Assembly: GCA_031372065.1 (NCBI GenBank)
Contig: JANMKN010000374.1
Span: 1 to 19,331 of the forward strand
Reading direction: 5' to 3'
Source of the DNA: Abditibacteriaceae bacterium
GTDB lineage: Bacteria; Armatimonadota; Abditibacteriia; Abditibacteriales; Abditibacteriaceae
Length of the DNA: 19,331 nt
Under the pieces are notes generated by a model. That model saw only the letters and a program-made list of their open reading frames with translations. It was not told the DNA's origin and did no database searches. Within the stretch, counting starts at the first letter, position 1; every line of letters starts with the position of its first letter. The position numbers and the translations under genes are program-made. This document shows, piece by piece, positions 1-7,515 of the stretch.

Positions 1-12
1 CTGCAAGAGCCA

Positions 13-190
13 AGGCCACCTTCGTGGCCTAAAAATGGAGGTTTTGAGCCTGCGAAGGCAGGCTTTGCCTCTACAGACGCCGGTTTCAACCGGTGTGAAA
101 ACCAAACCCCCACCTAATCCTGCCCGCAAGCGGGCACCCGCTCAAGGAGGAGGAATTACGCTCTCGAAATTCTTAACTTAATGCCATTGG
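13..190. repeat. Cluster of short GC-rich palindromes, REP/MITE-like
   Basis: Hairpins AGGCCAC-cttc-GTGGCCT (13-30), AGCCTGC-gaag-GCAGGCT (47-64), CGCCGGTT-tc-AACCGGTG (78-95) and TGCCCG-caag-CGGGCA (121-136). CTAC (GTAG on the minus strand) at 71-74. Non-coding. Confidence 0.6.
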
Positions 191-252
191 GCGCCAGCCC
201 CGCCAAAACGGTGTAAAAAGTCAACGTAACAGTGCAAGGTTGAAACAGCATC

Positions 253-555
253 ATGAAAAAACGACGCTTAAGCAAATGGGACATCGCAGGCGTGAGCCTT
301 GCGTTGGTTTTGTTTGTGGTATTAGCAAAAGTTTACGCTGCCAAAGTAGCTTTTGAACGTCCTACGGGTCGGTTTTGTAATATCCATCATGTTGAGGAGA
401 AACGTGTCCGCGTGCTTCCCAGAACACGATTGGAAGGCTTCGGATTCCGTAAAACAAGCCCACCCAACATACATTGCTTTGATCAACAAGAATCTCCGGG
501 CATATATTTTTATTGCCCCAAGTGCCAAGAATTCCAGGGCGAACTCTGTCCTTAA
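253..555 (+). CDS. Small hypothetical membrane-anchored protein with CxxH and CxxC motifs
   Basis: ATG start, basic N-terminus (MKKRR), one hydrophobic helix, CNIHH and YCPKC motifs. Stop lies 4 nt before the next ATG. About 40% GC in one 60-nt line counted. Confidence 0.6.
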   Translation: MKKRRLSKWDIAGVSLALVLFVVLAKVYAAKVAFERPTGRFCNIHHVEEKRVRVLPRTRLEGFGFRKTSPPNIHCFDQQESPGIYFYCPKCQEFQGELCP

Positions 556-559
556 ATCC

Positions 560-1777
560 ATGAAAAATCTCTCACCTTCAACTCAAGCCGTTCACGCGGG
601 CGAGGCCGATTTGCGCGGCGCGCGCTCTTCGGTCACGCCGATTTATGCGACTTCGACGTTTCTCAGCGACGACGCGGCTCAATTGGACGAAGTGTTCGCC
701 GAGGTTTTAAACGGCGCGCCGGGTTATTTTTACTCGCGCTATGGCAACCCGACAGTGGCGGCGCTGGAAAATGCCATTGCCACGTTGGAAAATGCTCATT
801 CGTGCGTGGCGTTTGGCAGCGGCATGGCGGCGCTGCATGGCGCGCTTTTAGCGTGCGGCCTCCAAAGCGGCGATACGATTCTCATCGCGCGCGAAGTTTA
901 CGGCGCCAGTTTCACGCTGATTGAAAAACTGCTGGCGCCACTCGGCGTGCAATTGCAAAGCGTGGACGTGACCGATAATTCCGCTGTGCAAGAAGCGCTT
1001 GTAAAATTGTCCCCGCGCGTTTTGTTGTTCGAGCCGCTTTCCAACCCGCTGGTCAAAGTCGCCGATGTGAAAACTCTGTGCGAACTGGCGCGGCAAGCGG
1101 GCACTTTGACGATTGTGGACGCGACTTTTACGCCGCCGCCGCTTTTGCGCTCTTTGGATTGCGGCGCCGATTTCGCGCTGCATTCGGCCACCAAATACTT
1201 GGGCGGGCACGGCGATGCGACGGGCGGCCTGGTCAGCGTGCGCGACGAAAACTTAGTGGCGCCTTTGCGAAGCGTTATGCGTCTGGGCGGGGCCATTCTT
1301 AGCCCGTTTGAAGCGTTTTTGTTTGCGCGCGGCGTGAAAACTTTGGTTCTGCGCGTGCGTGAGCAATGTCGCAACGCCGCGCAAATCGCCGCTTGGCTGA
1401 CCGAGCAAAAAGGTGTCAGCCGCGTGTTTTATCCCGGTTTAAGTTCGCATCCGCAGCACGATTTAGCGGCGCGTTTGTTGCAGCCTCTCAAAAACGAACC
1501 TTTGTTCGGTGCCATGCTCGCTTTTGAAATCGCAGGCGCTGGGCAAGCCGAAATTTATCGCTTTATGGACGCGCTGCAACTCATCAAACCCGCGACGACA
1601 TTGGGCGATGTGCAAAGCGAAGTTTCGTATCCGCCGATGGCGAGCCATCGCGGTTGGAGCAAAGAACGCATGACGCAAATTGGTATCACGCCGGGCATTT
1701 TGCGCCTTTCGGTGGGCATAGAAGACGCAGAAGACATCATCGCCGATTTGGAAAGCGCTTTAACAGGAGTTAGTTAG
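560..1777 (+). CDS. Cys/Met metabolism PLP-dependent enzyme (cystathionine gamma-synthase/gamma-lyase family)
   Basis: Family motifs TQAVHAG, PIYATSTF, YSRYGNPT, FGSGMAA, HSATKYLGGHGD (PLP lysine), LRLSVGIED. Start moved to ATG 560 because homology begins there. Confidence 0.92.
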   Translation: MKNLSPSTQAVHAGEADLRGARSSVTPIYATSTFLSDDAAQLDEVFAEVLNGAPGYFYSRYGNPTVAALENAIATLENAHSCVAFGSGMAALHGALLACGLQSGDTILIAREVYGASFTLIEKLLAPLGVQLQSVDVTDNSAVQEALVKLSPRVLLFEPLSNPLVKVADVKTLCELARQAGTLTIVDATFTPPPLLRSLDCGADFALHSATKYLGGHGDATGGLVSVRDENLVAPLRSVMRLGGAILSPFEAFLFARGVKTLVLRVREQCRNAAQIAAWLTEQKGVSRVFYPGLSSHPQHDLAARLLQPLKNEPLFGAMLAFEIAGAGQAEIYRFMDALQLIKPATTLGDVQSEVSYPPMASHRGWSKERMTQIGITPGILRLSVGIEDAEDIIADLESALTGVS

Positions 1778-2409
1778 TGGAGCCGATATTTGAGTGGATT
1801 CAAGGCATTTTAAACGCTACCAGCGAACAAGCCCAACTCTGGGTCGGGCATTATGGTTTTCATGCCGTCGTGCCCACGCTTTTAGTTGACCCGGCAGGTG
1901 TGCCGTGGGCGTGGGTTTTCCTGATTCTCTTCGCGGGCAGCGCCGGACTTAATGTCTGGTGGATGATGCTTTATGGTTTTGTCGTGCTTTCGGCCTTCGA
2001 TCATCTGCTTTATTGGCTGGCCCTGAAAGGCGGGCGGCCTTTAGTGGAAAAAATCAGCCGTCGTTTTCCGAAACTGGCCGAAGCGCTCGAAAAATCGGAA
2101 AGCGCTATGCAAGGAAACGGCGCATGGGCCATTACGCTGGGCCGCTACCTGCCGATTATTGGTCGCTGGGTTGGAGCCGGAGCCGGTCTTGCCAATGTGC
2201 CGCCGGTTAAATTCGCTTTCTTTGATGCCATCGGCGTTGGCCTCACCGTTCTTGGTTTTGGCGTGCCGACTCATTTAATCGGCGCACAAATCATGGACAA
2301 ACCGTGGTTTCCGCAAGCCGTCGCGTTTACTTTTTTAGCCAGCACCGTAATCACGGGCGCTCTTATCATCTGGCACGCGCACCGCGCCGCCCAAATGCGT
2401 GGCAATTAA
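1777..2409 (+). CDS. DedA/SNARE-associated family membrane protein
   Basis: DHLLYWLALKGGRPLV and GRYLPIIGR...AGLANVPPVKFAFFDAIG match DedA motifs; several TM segments. The GTG start overlaps the upstream TAG (TAGTG). Confidence 0.85.
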   Translation: MEPIFEWIQGILNATSEQAQLWVGHYGFHAVVPTLLVDPAGVPWAWVFLILFAGSAGLNVWWMMLYGFVVLSAFDHLLYWLALKGGRPLVEKISRRFPKLAEALEKSESAMQGNGAWAITLGRYLPIIGRWVGAGAGLANVPPVKFAFFDAIGVGLTVLGFGVPTHLIGAQIMDKPWFPQAVAFTFLASTVITGALIIWHAHRAAQMRGN

Positions 2410-2412
2410 TTT

Positions 2413-3276
2413 CTACACCGTTTTTTCAAAAGTCAGCGTCGGATAAATCGCCGCGTCATCGCTACTCTCGATAAATGTATCCGGCAAAGCAACCGCCGGA
2501 TCATAACGCAACACGCCAATGCCCAAACCATCTTGCTGCGGGTCTTCGACAAATTCGCGGTGCGGATAAAATTCTCTCAAACGATTCCACAAAAGCGGCA
2601 CGCCACCAGCCCACGACGTTGTTGGATGGTTAAATCGTGCCTGACTATCAGGCACGATGTCGTGAAATAAGAGATAGCCGCCTTCGCGCACGAATTGGCG
2701 ATAACACAAGAAATCCTGCTTCACGCCCTCATAATGATGGTCGCCATCAATGAAAAGCACATCGAACAGCCGCCCGTTTAACAATTGCGCCACGCGTTCT
2801 ACAGTGGGCGGCGCATACGACGAGCCGTTGACTAAATGCAACTCTTGATTTCGCGGTTTAAACGCGTGTAAATTCGGCGCGTGTTTGACGTATAAATCAA
2901 CGCCAAACAGCAATTCAACATTGGAAAGCGCGTGCCCCAACAACAAATTTGTGCCGCCATGTTCCGTCCCGATTTCACAAACGCGGCACGGCGATTTATC
3001 GTTCAATTCGCGTTGCAAATAGGCAATCGCGCCTTCGATTTCGCGCACACGCTGCACGGCGCCAATGCCAAGGTAAGTTTGCGCAAACGCCATGTAATCT
3101 TCGACGCTTTGGCACTGGCCCAAGGCCCGTTTTGCCTGATTGCGCCGCGCCGCGCTCAAGCGAAAAGCCAACGATGGTCCGGCGTCTTCGAATCGGCGCC
3201 GCGCGATAAGAACCGTCGTTTCCGGCAAAAACGCCAAGCACCGCTTCAACGGACGCAAAAAAATGGGAAGACGCAT
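2413..3276 (-). CDS. Class I SAM-dependent methyltransferase (Methyltransf_24/CmcI-like)
   Basis: CEIGTEHGGT (motif I), DVLFIDGDHHYEGVKQDF, GGYLLFHDI. ATG at 3276 chosen as start. Confidence 0.85.
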   Translation of the reverse strand: MRLPIFLRPLKRCLAFLPETTVLIARRRFEDAGPSLAFRLSAARRNQAKRALGQCQSVEDYMAFAQTYLGIGAVQRVREIEGAIAYLQRELNDKSPCRVCEIGTEHGGTNLLLGHALSNVELLFGVDLYVKHAPNLHAFKPRNQELHLVNGSSYAPPTVERVAQLLNGRLFDVLFIDGDHHYEGVKQDFLCYRQFVREGGYLLFHDIVPDSQARFNHPTTSWAGGVPLLWNRLREFYPHREFVEDPQQDGLGIGVLRYDPAVALPDTFIESSDDAAIYPTLTFEKTV

Positions 3277-3318
3277 AGAAGTTTCGTCCCGCAGTATAAA
3301 CCGGCTTGCTGGCAAATC

Positions 3319-3351
3319 AAAAGGCGCCTTCCAATTTGGAAAGCGCCTTTT
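3319..3351 (-). terminator. Intrinsic terminator after the recA-downstream gene
   Basis: Minus strand reads AAAAGGCGCTTTCCA-aat-TGGAAGGCGCCTTTT. The single non-Watson-Crick pair is U.G on the minus strand. It lies 3 nt after the stop at 3355. Confidence 0.8.
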
Positions 3352-3354
3352 CGT

Positions 3355-3888
3355 TTACGGCAGTTTCACGCTGAGGCCCGAATTCGGGCCGGGCGGGATG
3401 CCCAAATGCGGCGTTTCGCCGCGATGGTCGCGCAAGTCGTTGAGCAATTCGCGCGCACTGAGGCGGCGCCCCAGAATCGCCTCACTTTGCGTGCGCGGAC
3501 GAATTGGCTGCTTGGCGCGATAAACCACCACTTCGCCTTTGCCTTCTTCCAACGCCCGGCGGCAGACGCCGCGCACATAATAGCGATTGAATTCGCCTTC
3601 GGCTAACGTATCCGCTGCCGTGAACGGCACTTTGACTTCGAGAACATCGCCCGTTTTGGTGTGGCGCTGTTCCCAATTTTTCAAGCGCTCATTAACGCGC
3701 AGACTGTCGGCCAAAAGCACATCGTTCAGGCTCTCAATCGCGGCGCGCATCAAACTTTCGTAGTCGCGCCGTCCGCGTTCGCTCAGGCGCGGACTGAAAT
3801 ACAACGTGCCGCTCTCAACGTCCTTTTCCAACTCGTCCAACATCAACTGCCGCGTGCGGCTATCTAAATTTAAAAGCCGTAATGCCAT
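3355..3888 (-). CDS. Conserved hypothetical protein (177 aa)
   Basis: Strong RBS (GAGGGAGG) before ATG, globular composition, motif-like segments LYFSPRLS, AEGEFNRYYVRGVCRRA and PPGPNSGLSV, followed by a terminator. Confidence 0.85.
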   Translation of the reverse strand: MALRLLNLDSRTRQLMLDELEKDVESGTLYFSPRLSERGRRDYESLMRAAIESLNDVLLADSLRVNERLKNWEQRHTKTGDVLEVKVPFTAADTLAEGEFNRYYVRGVCRRALEEGKGEVVVYRAKQPIRPRTQSEAILGRRLSARELLNDLRDHRGETPHLGIPPGPNSGLSVKLP

Positions 3889-3916
3889 GTGTTTTTCCTC
3901 CCTCGCACGCTCTTCA

Positions 3917-3975
3917 AATGATGAATTTTAAATTTTGAATTGTTTTGGTTAATTCAAAATTTAAAATTCATCATT
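3917..3975. repeat. Perfect 25-bp AT-rich inverted repeat built from heptamer units
   Basis: AATGATGAATTTTAAATTTTGAATT (3917-3941), 9-nt loop, AATTCAAAATTTAAAATTCATCATT (3951-3975). Units AATTCAA/AATTTAA/AATTCAT/CATTCAA. Confidence 0.9.
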
Positions 3976-3980
3976 CAAAA

Positions 3981-5120
3981 TTACTCTTTGACTTCGCTCA
4001 CTGCCTTTGCCTCTTTTGCTTCTTTGGCGGGTTTTGCCTCTGCCGTTTTGGGTTCCTCAACTTTAAACGCATTCTCGTTCGCCGGACGCGCTTTGAGGCC
4101 GTAAGCGTCACGGATTTGGTTTTCCAAATCATCGGCAAGAGCCGGATTTTCCTCCAAATAAGCGCGCGCATTGTCGCGTCCTTGAAAGCGTTCTTCGCCA
4201 ACGGTAAACCACGCGCCGCCTTTTTGAATCAAGCCTTTGGCAACCGACAAATCCAAAATGTCGCCGTATTTGTTGATGCCTTTGCCGAAGACTAAATCGA
4301 ATTCCGCATCGCGAAACGGCGGCGCAATTTTGTTCTTCAAAACCGAAACTTTGGTGCGATTACCAATCTGCTCGGCACCGTTTTTAATTGCTTCGCTGCG
4401 CGACACGCGAAGGCGCACACTGGCAAAGAATTTTAAGGCACGCCCGCCCGGCGTGGTTTCGGGCGAACCGTAAATCACGCCGACTTTTTCGCGAATCTGG
4501 TTGATAAAAATCACCGTCGCGTTGGCGCGTCCGGCGGTGCCCGCCAGTTTACGGCAACCCTGGCTCATCATGCGCGCCATCGTGCCAACCTGAACATCGC
4601 CCATTTCGCCTTCGACTTCCGAACGCGGCACAAGCGCCGCAACTGAGTCAATGACAACCAAGTCAATCGCGCCCGAACGCATAAGGGTGTCGGCGATTTC
4701 CAGCGCTTGTTCGCCGTTATCCGGCTGCGAAACGAACAGGTTCTCTACATCCACACCCACTGCCGCTGCATATTTCGGGTCAAGCGCGTGTTCGGCATCA
4801 ATAAAAGCGCAAATGCCGCCCGCTTTTTGGCATTCGGCCACAGCGTGCAAGGTCAAGGTCGTCTTACCGCCGCCTTCCACACCGAAAATCTCAACCAAAC
4901 GCCCGCGCGGCAAGCCGCCGCCCAGCGCCAAATCGAGCGATAACGACCCGGTGGGCGTGGTGTCCACAATCATGTGCGCGCGATCACCCAAACGCATGAC
5001 AGCGCCTTTGCCAAACGTCTTTTCCATACGCGATACGGCTTCTTCCAACGACTTCATTTTCTCCGCTGTCGGCGCATGGGGGTTGCCCTGCACCTTGGGG
5101 GCTGCTTGCTCTCTTGCCAT
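3981..5120 (-). CDS. recA: Recombinase RecA
   Basis: [91 protein letters not shown]. Confidence 0.98.
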   Translation of the reverse strand: MAREQAAPKVQGNPHAPTAEKMKSLEEAVSRMEKTFGKGAVMRLGDRAHMIVDTTPTGSLSLDLALGGGLPRGRLVEIFGVEGGGKTTLTLHAVAECQKAGGICAFIDAEHALDPKYAAAVGVDVENLFVSQPDNGEQALEIADTLMRSGAIDLVVIDSVAALVPRSEVEGEMGDVQVGTMARMMSQGCRKLAGTAGRANATVIFINQIREKVGVIYGSPETTPGGRALKFFASVRLRVSRSEAIKNGAEQIGNRTKVSVLKNKIAPPFRDAEFDLVFGKGINKYGDILDLSVAKGLIQKGGAWFTVGEERFQGRDNARAYLEENPALADDLENQIRDAYGLKARPANENAFKVEEPKTAEAKPAKEAKEAKAVSEVKE

Positions 5121-5212
5121 TTTAAAGGATTCTCCTTGTGTTCTTCGTGGTCCAAATCGTCACGAAATACTCACATCATCCGCATAATTTCACTCATCTC
5201 AGTGATACCGAA

Positions 5213-5241
5213 AGTCTAATCGAAACGGGTAGAAAATGCAA
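5213..5241 (-). promoter_or_regulatory. Sigma70-type promoter of recA
   Basis: Minus strand TTGCAT (5241-5236), 17-bp spacer, TAGACT (5218-5213). Confidence 0.65.
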
Positions 5242-5330
5242 GCGAAAATCGCGGTTATTTTGCCTTTATTTTGGGGTTTTGTTGCAGCTTTTTCGTGTGC
5301 CCCGCAAACTGCTGAACACAATAGAATGTG

Positions 5331-5813
5331 ATGCAAAATCTTCAAGAAGTTCCGGTTCCAGAAGCCGCCTACAATCACAATTCCGATTCCGCGCTGCGTA
5401 GCGACGCGAATGAGCGGCGCTCACTGCTGATTCTTTGCGGCTCGATTTTAATTTTATCGAGCGTGCTGGGCATAAATCAGTGGGGGAAAGTTTATCTGCC
5501 ACCCTTTGAGAACTTGGGCGGGCCGACTTTATGCGTCACAAAGGCGCTTTTTCACCGCGATTGCGCCGGTTGTGGCATCACGCGCAGTTTAATTAGCCTC
5601 GGACACGGCGATTGGCGCGCGAGTTTGGCGTTTCACCCTGTTGGAATCGCATTTTATGGCTTTTTGTGGTGCCAAGTTGTATTTCAATTTTCGGCCCTAC
5701 GCCGCCTAAAAAACGGTCAACTCGGCGGTAAAAATCGGTTTTTGACGTGTTATTTTTACATTATCATTGCCGCTTTTTTCGCCACCGGCGTTTATCGCTT
5801 TTGGCCGCAGTAA
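5331..5813 (+). CDS. DUF2752-like membrane protein
   Basis: LCVTKALFHRDCAGCGITRS...GDWRASLAFHP matches the C-x8-CxGCGxTR signature; three hydrophobic segments. Confidence 0.85.
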   Translation: MQNLQEVPVPEAAYNHNSDSALRSDANERRSLLILCGSILILSSVLGINQWGKVYLPPFENLGGPTLCVTKALFHRDCAGCGITRSLISLGHGDWRASLAFHPVGIAFYGFLWCQVVFQFSALRRLKNGQLGGKNRFLTCYFYIIIAAFFATGVYRFWPQ

Positions 5814-5818
5814 TTATT

Positions 5819-6049
5819 CAGAAAATAACTGCGACGGCACAGTAAAAAGCCGCGATGACCCAGAAAATAACTGCGATGGCGCACAAAATAACCGCGTCGC
5901 CGGAGAAAATAACTGCGATGGCGCAACTTTTTTCTTCGATGGCGCGAAAAATAACTGCGACGACCCGGAAAAAAGCTGCGACCGCGCAGAAAATAACTGC
6001 GACCGCACAGAAAAAAGCCGCGACGATCCAGAAAGAAGCCAGAATCTCG
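5819..6049. repeat. Degenerate tandem array, 11 x 21 bp, with 42-bp higher-order alternation
   Basis: Units start at 5819, 5840, 5861, 5882, 5903, 5924, 5945, 5966, 5987, 6008 and 6029. Consensus about CAGAAAAWARCYGCGAYGRCN. No indels. Confidence 0.92.
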
Positions 6050-6054
6050 CTACT

Positions 6055-7308
6055 TTACAACTGGCGGCGCAGAATATCGAGGGCGGCTAAGGCGGAGCGG
6101 CGGCGAATGGCGTCGCGGTCACCACTGAAATGGCGAAGGGTGGCGCGGCTGCCGTTTTCGTCGGCGATGCCGATGAAAACAGTGCCAACATCGGCGCCAG
6201 ATTGCGATTTAGGGCCAGATTCGCCCGTTGTGGCGATGCCATAAGTGGCGCCGGTGATTTTACGAATGCCTTCGGCCATCGCGCACGCAATTTCTTCGCT
6301 AACGACGCCTTTTGTGGCGATCATTTCAGCGGGCACGCCCAATAATTTTTCTTTGAGTTCGGCAGAATAGGCAATCACACCGCCGCGCAAAACTTGGCTC
6401 GCGCCGGGCACATCGGTCAGAAAGGCGTTCAAAACGCCGCCTGTTAAAGATTCGGCAACGCCAAGCGTGGCATTTTGCGCTTCGAGTTTTTGCAAAAGCA
6501 CGGAAGGCAAAGTTTGGTCGTCGGTGCCGAAAATATGATCGCCGACGCGCTGGCGAATTTTGGCTTCGAGTTCGTCAAGCAGTTCTTTGGCTTCGGCTTC
6601 GTCGGCGGCTTTGGCGGTCAGGCGCAAATGCACTTCGGTGTTGCCGAAAATGAGCGGCGCGGCGGTCGGGTTTTGCGCAGTGGTCAGAATGTCTTCAATC
6701 GGCTCGGCAATCATGCTTTCGCCCACGCCAAAGGAGCGCAAGACGCGCGACACGATGATTTGCGGCTTGCCTTCAACGCGTTCGAGCAGAAACGGAATGA
6801 TGCTTTCGTCGAGCAAGACTTTCATTTCGCGCGGCACGCCGGGCACAGCGAAAAGCAGTTTTTTCGACCCAAAGGGTGCCCCGGCTGTTTCAGCGCGCAG
6901 ACCGGGCGCGGTGCCCGCCGGATTATCGAGCGCGCTCACGCCGCGCGGCACATAAGCCTGACGCAAAATGCTATCTACAATTTTGACTTGCCGGCCCGCG
7001 AAAAAATCGCGCAAGTGCTGCGCGATGGCCTCATCAAATTCCAAAGGCGCGTCCAAGGCCAAACTGATGGCATCGCGCGTTAAATCGTCCGTTGTCGGGC
7101 CAAGTCCGCCGGTAATGACAAGCACATCGGCCCGCGACAGCGCACCTTTGATGCATTCGACGATGCGTTCGAGATTATCGCCGACGGTTTGCTTGCGATG
7201 CACATCAATACCGGCCCGCGCCAAGCGCCCCGCGATGTAAGCGGCATTGGTATCAATAATTTGTCCGAGCAGCAGTTCGCTGCCCACGCATAAAATTTCG
7301 GCTCGCAT
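6055..7308 (-). CDS. cinA: Competence/damage-inducible protein CinA (MocF-like domain plus PncC NMN deamidase domain)
   Basis: MRAEILCVGSELLLGQIIDTNA, VGDN, TGGLGPTTDDLT, NPAGTAPG, PGVPREM, AESLTGG, GVVSEEIACAMAEG. Start at ATG 7308. Confidence 0.95.
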   Translation of the reverse strand: MRAEILCVGSELLLGQIIDTNAAYIAGRLARAGIDVHRKQTVGDNLERIVECIKGALSRADVLVITGGLGPTTDDLTRDAISLALDAPLEFDEAIAQHLRDFFAGRQVKIVDSILRQAYVPRGVSALDNPAGTAPGLRAETAGAPFGSKKLLFAVPGVPREMKVLLDESIIPFLLERVEGKPQIIVSRVLRSFGVGESMIAEPIEDILTTAQNPTAAPLIFGNTEVHLRLTAKAADEAEAKELLDELEAKIRQRVGDHIFGTDDQTLPSVLLQKLEAQNATLGVAESLTGGVLNAFLTDVPGASQVLRGGVIAYSAELKEKLLGVPAEMIATKGVVSEEIACAMAEGIRKITGATYGIATTGESGPKSQSGADVGTVFIGIADENGSRATLRHFSGDRDAIRRRSALAALDILRRQL

Positions 7309-7393
7309 AATTGAAGTTTCGGCTTTCTTGGATTGCAAATCGCTCTTAACTTTACCAACTCTGTAGCAAGGGTGAGAAAGAAAGTGGAACAGC

Positions 7394-7491
7394 AGCACGC
7401 CCTGTCAGCAGGTGGCAAACCAAGCAAACCACGGGCTTGCCACTCATTTTTGAGTTATTGATGGCCTGCTGCTACAGGCTACGGTTGTGCT
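7394..7491. ncRNA. Candidate structured RNA in the divergent cinA / kinase intergenic region
   Basis: Nested complementarity: AGCAC/GTGCT, CCTGT-CAGCAGG/CCTGCTG-ct-ACAGG, GTGGCAA/TTGCCAC, CTCA-tttt-TGAG. No family recognised. Confidence 0.3.
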
Positions 7492-7515
7492 TGAATGTGG
7501 TTTTATCCTGCTGTG

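Noticed and set aside
353..559. N-terminal extension of the PLP enzyme in the ORF track
   Set aside because: It overlaps the 253-555 ORF, and family homology starts at ATG 560.
5819..6049. CRISPR or protein-coding interpretation of the 21-bp array (ORFs 5767-6090, 5855-6244, 5814-6008)
   Set aside because: There are no unique spacers. The ORFs lack a good start or RBS, two of them overlap real genes, and open frames are expected from a stop-poor repeat unit.
7309..7398. N-terminal extension of CinA
   Set aside because: The canonical CinA N-terminus (MRAEIL) begins at 7308.
7409..7427. SRP RNA domain IV-like CAGG-TGG-CAAA-CCA-AGCA, and partial c-di-GMP-I-like words (GGCAAACC, GCAAACCACGGG)
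   Set aside because: The SRP flanking helix does not pair and the loop is not GNRA. The GAAA-capped P2 stem of the c-di-GMP-I riboswitch is absent.
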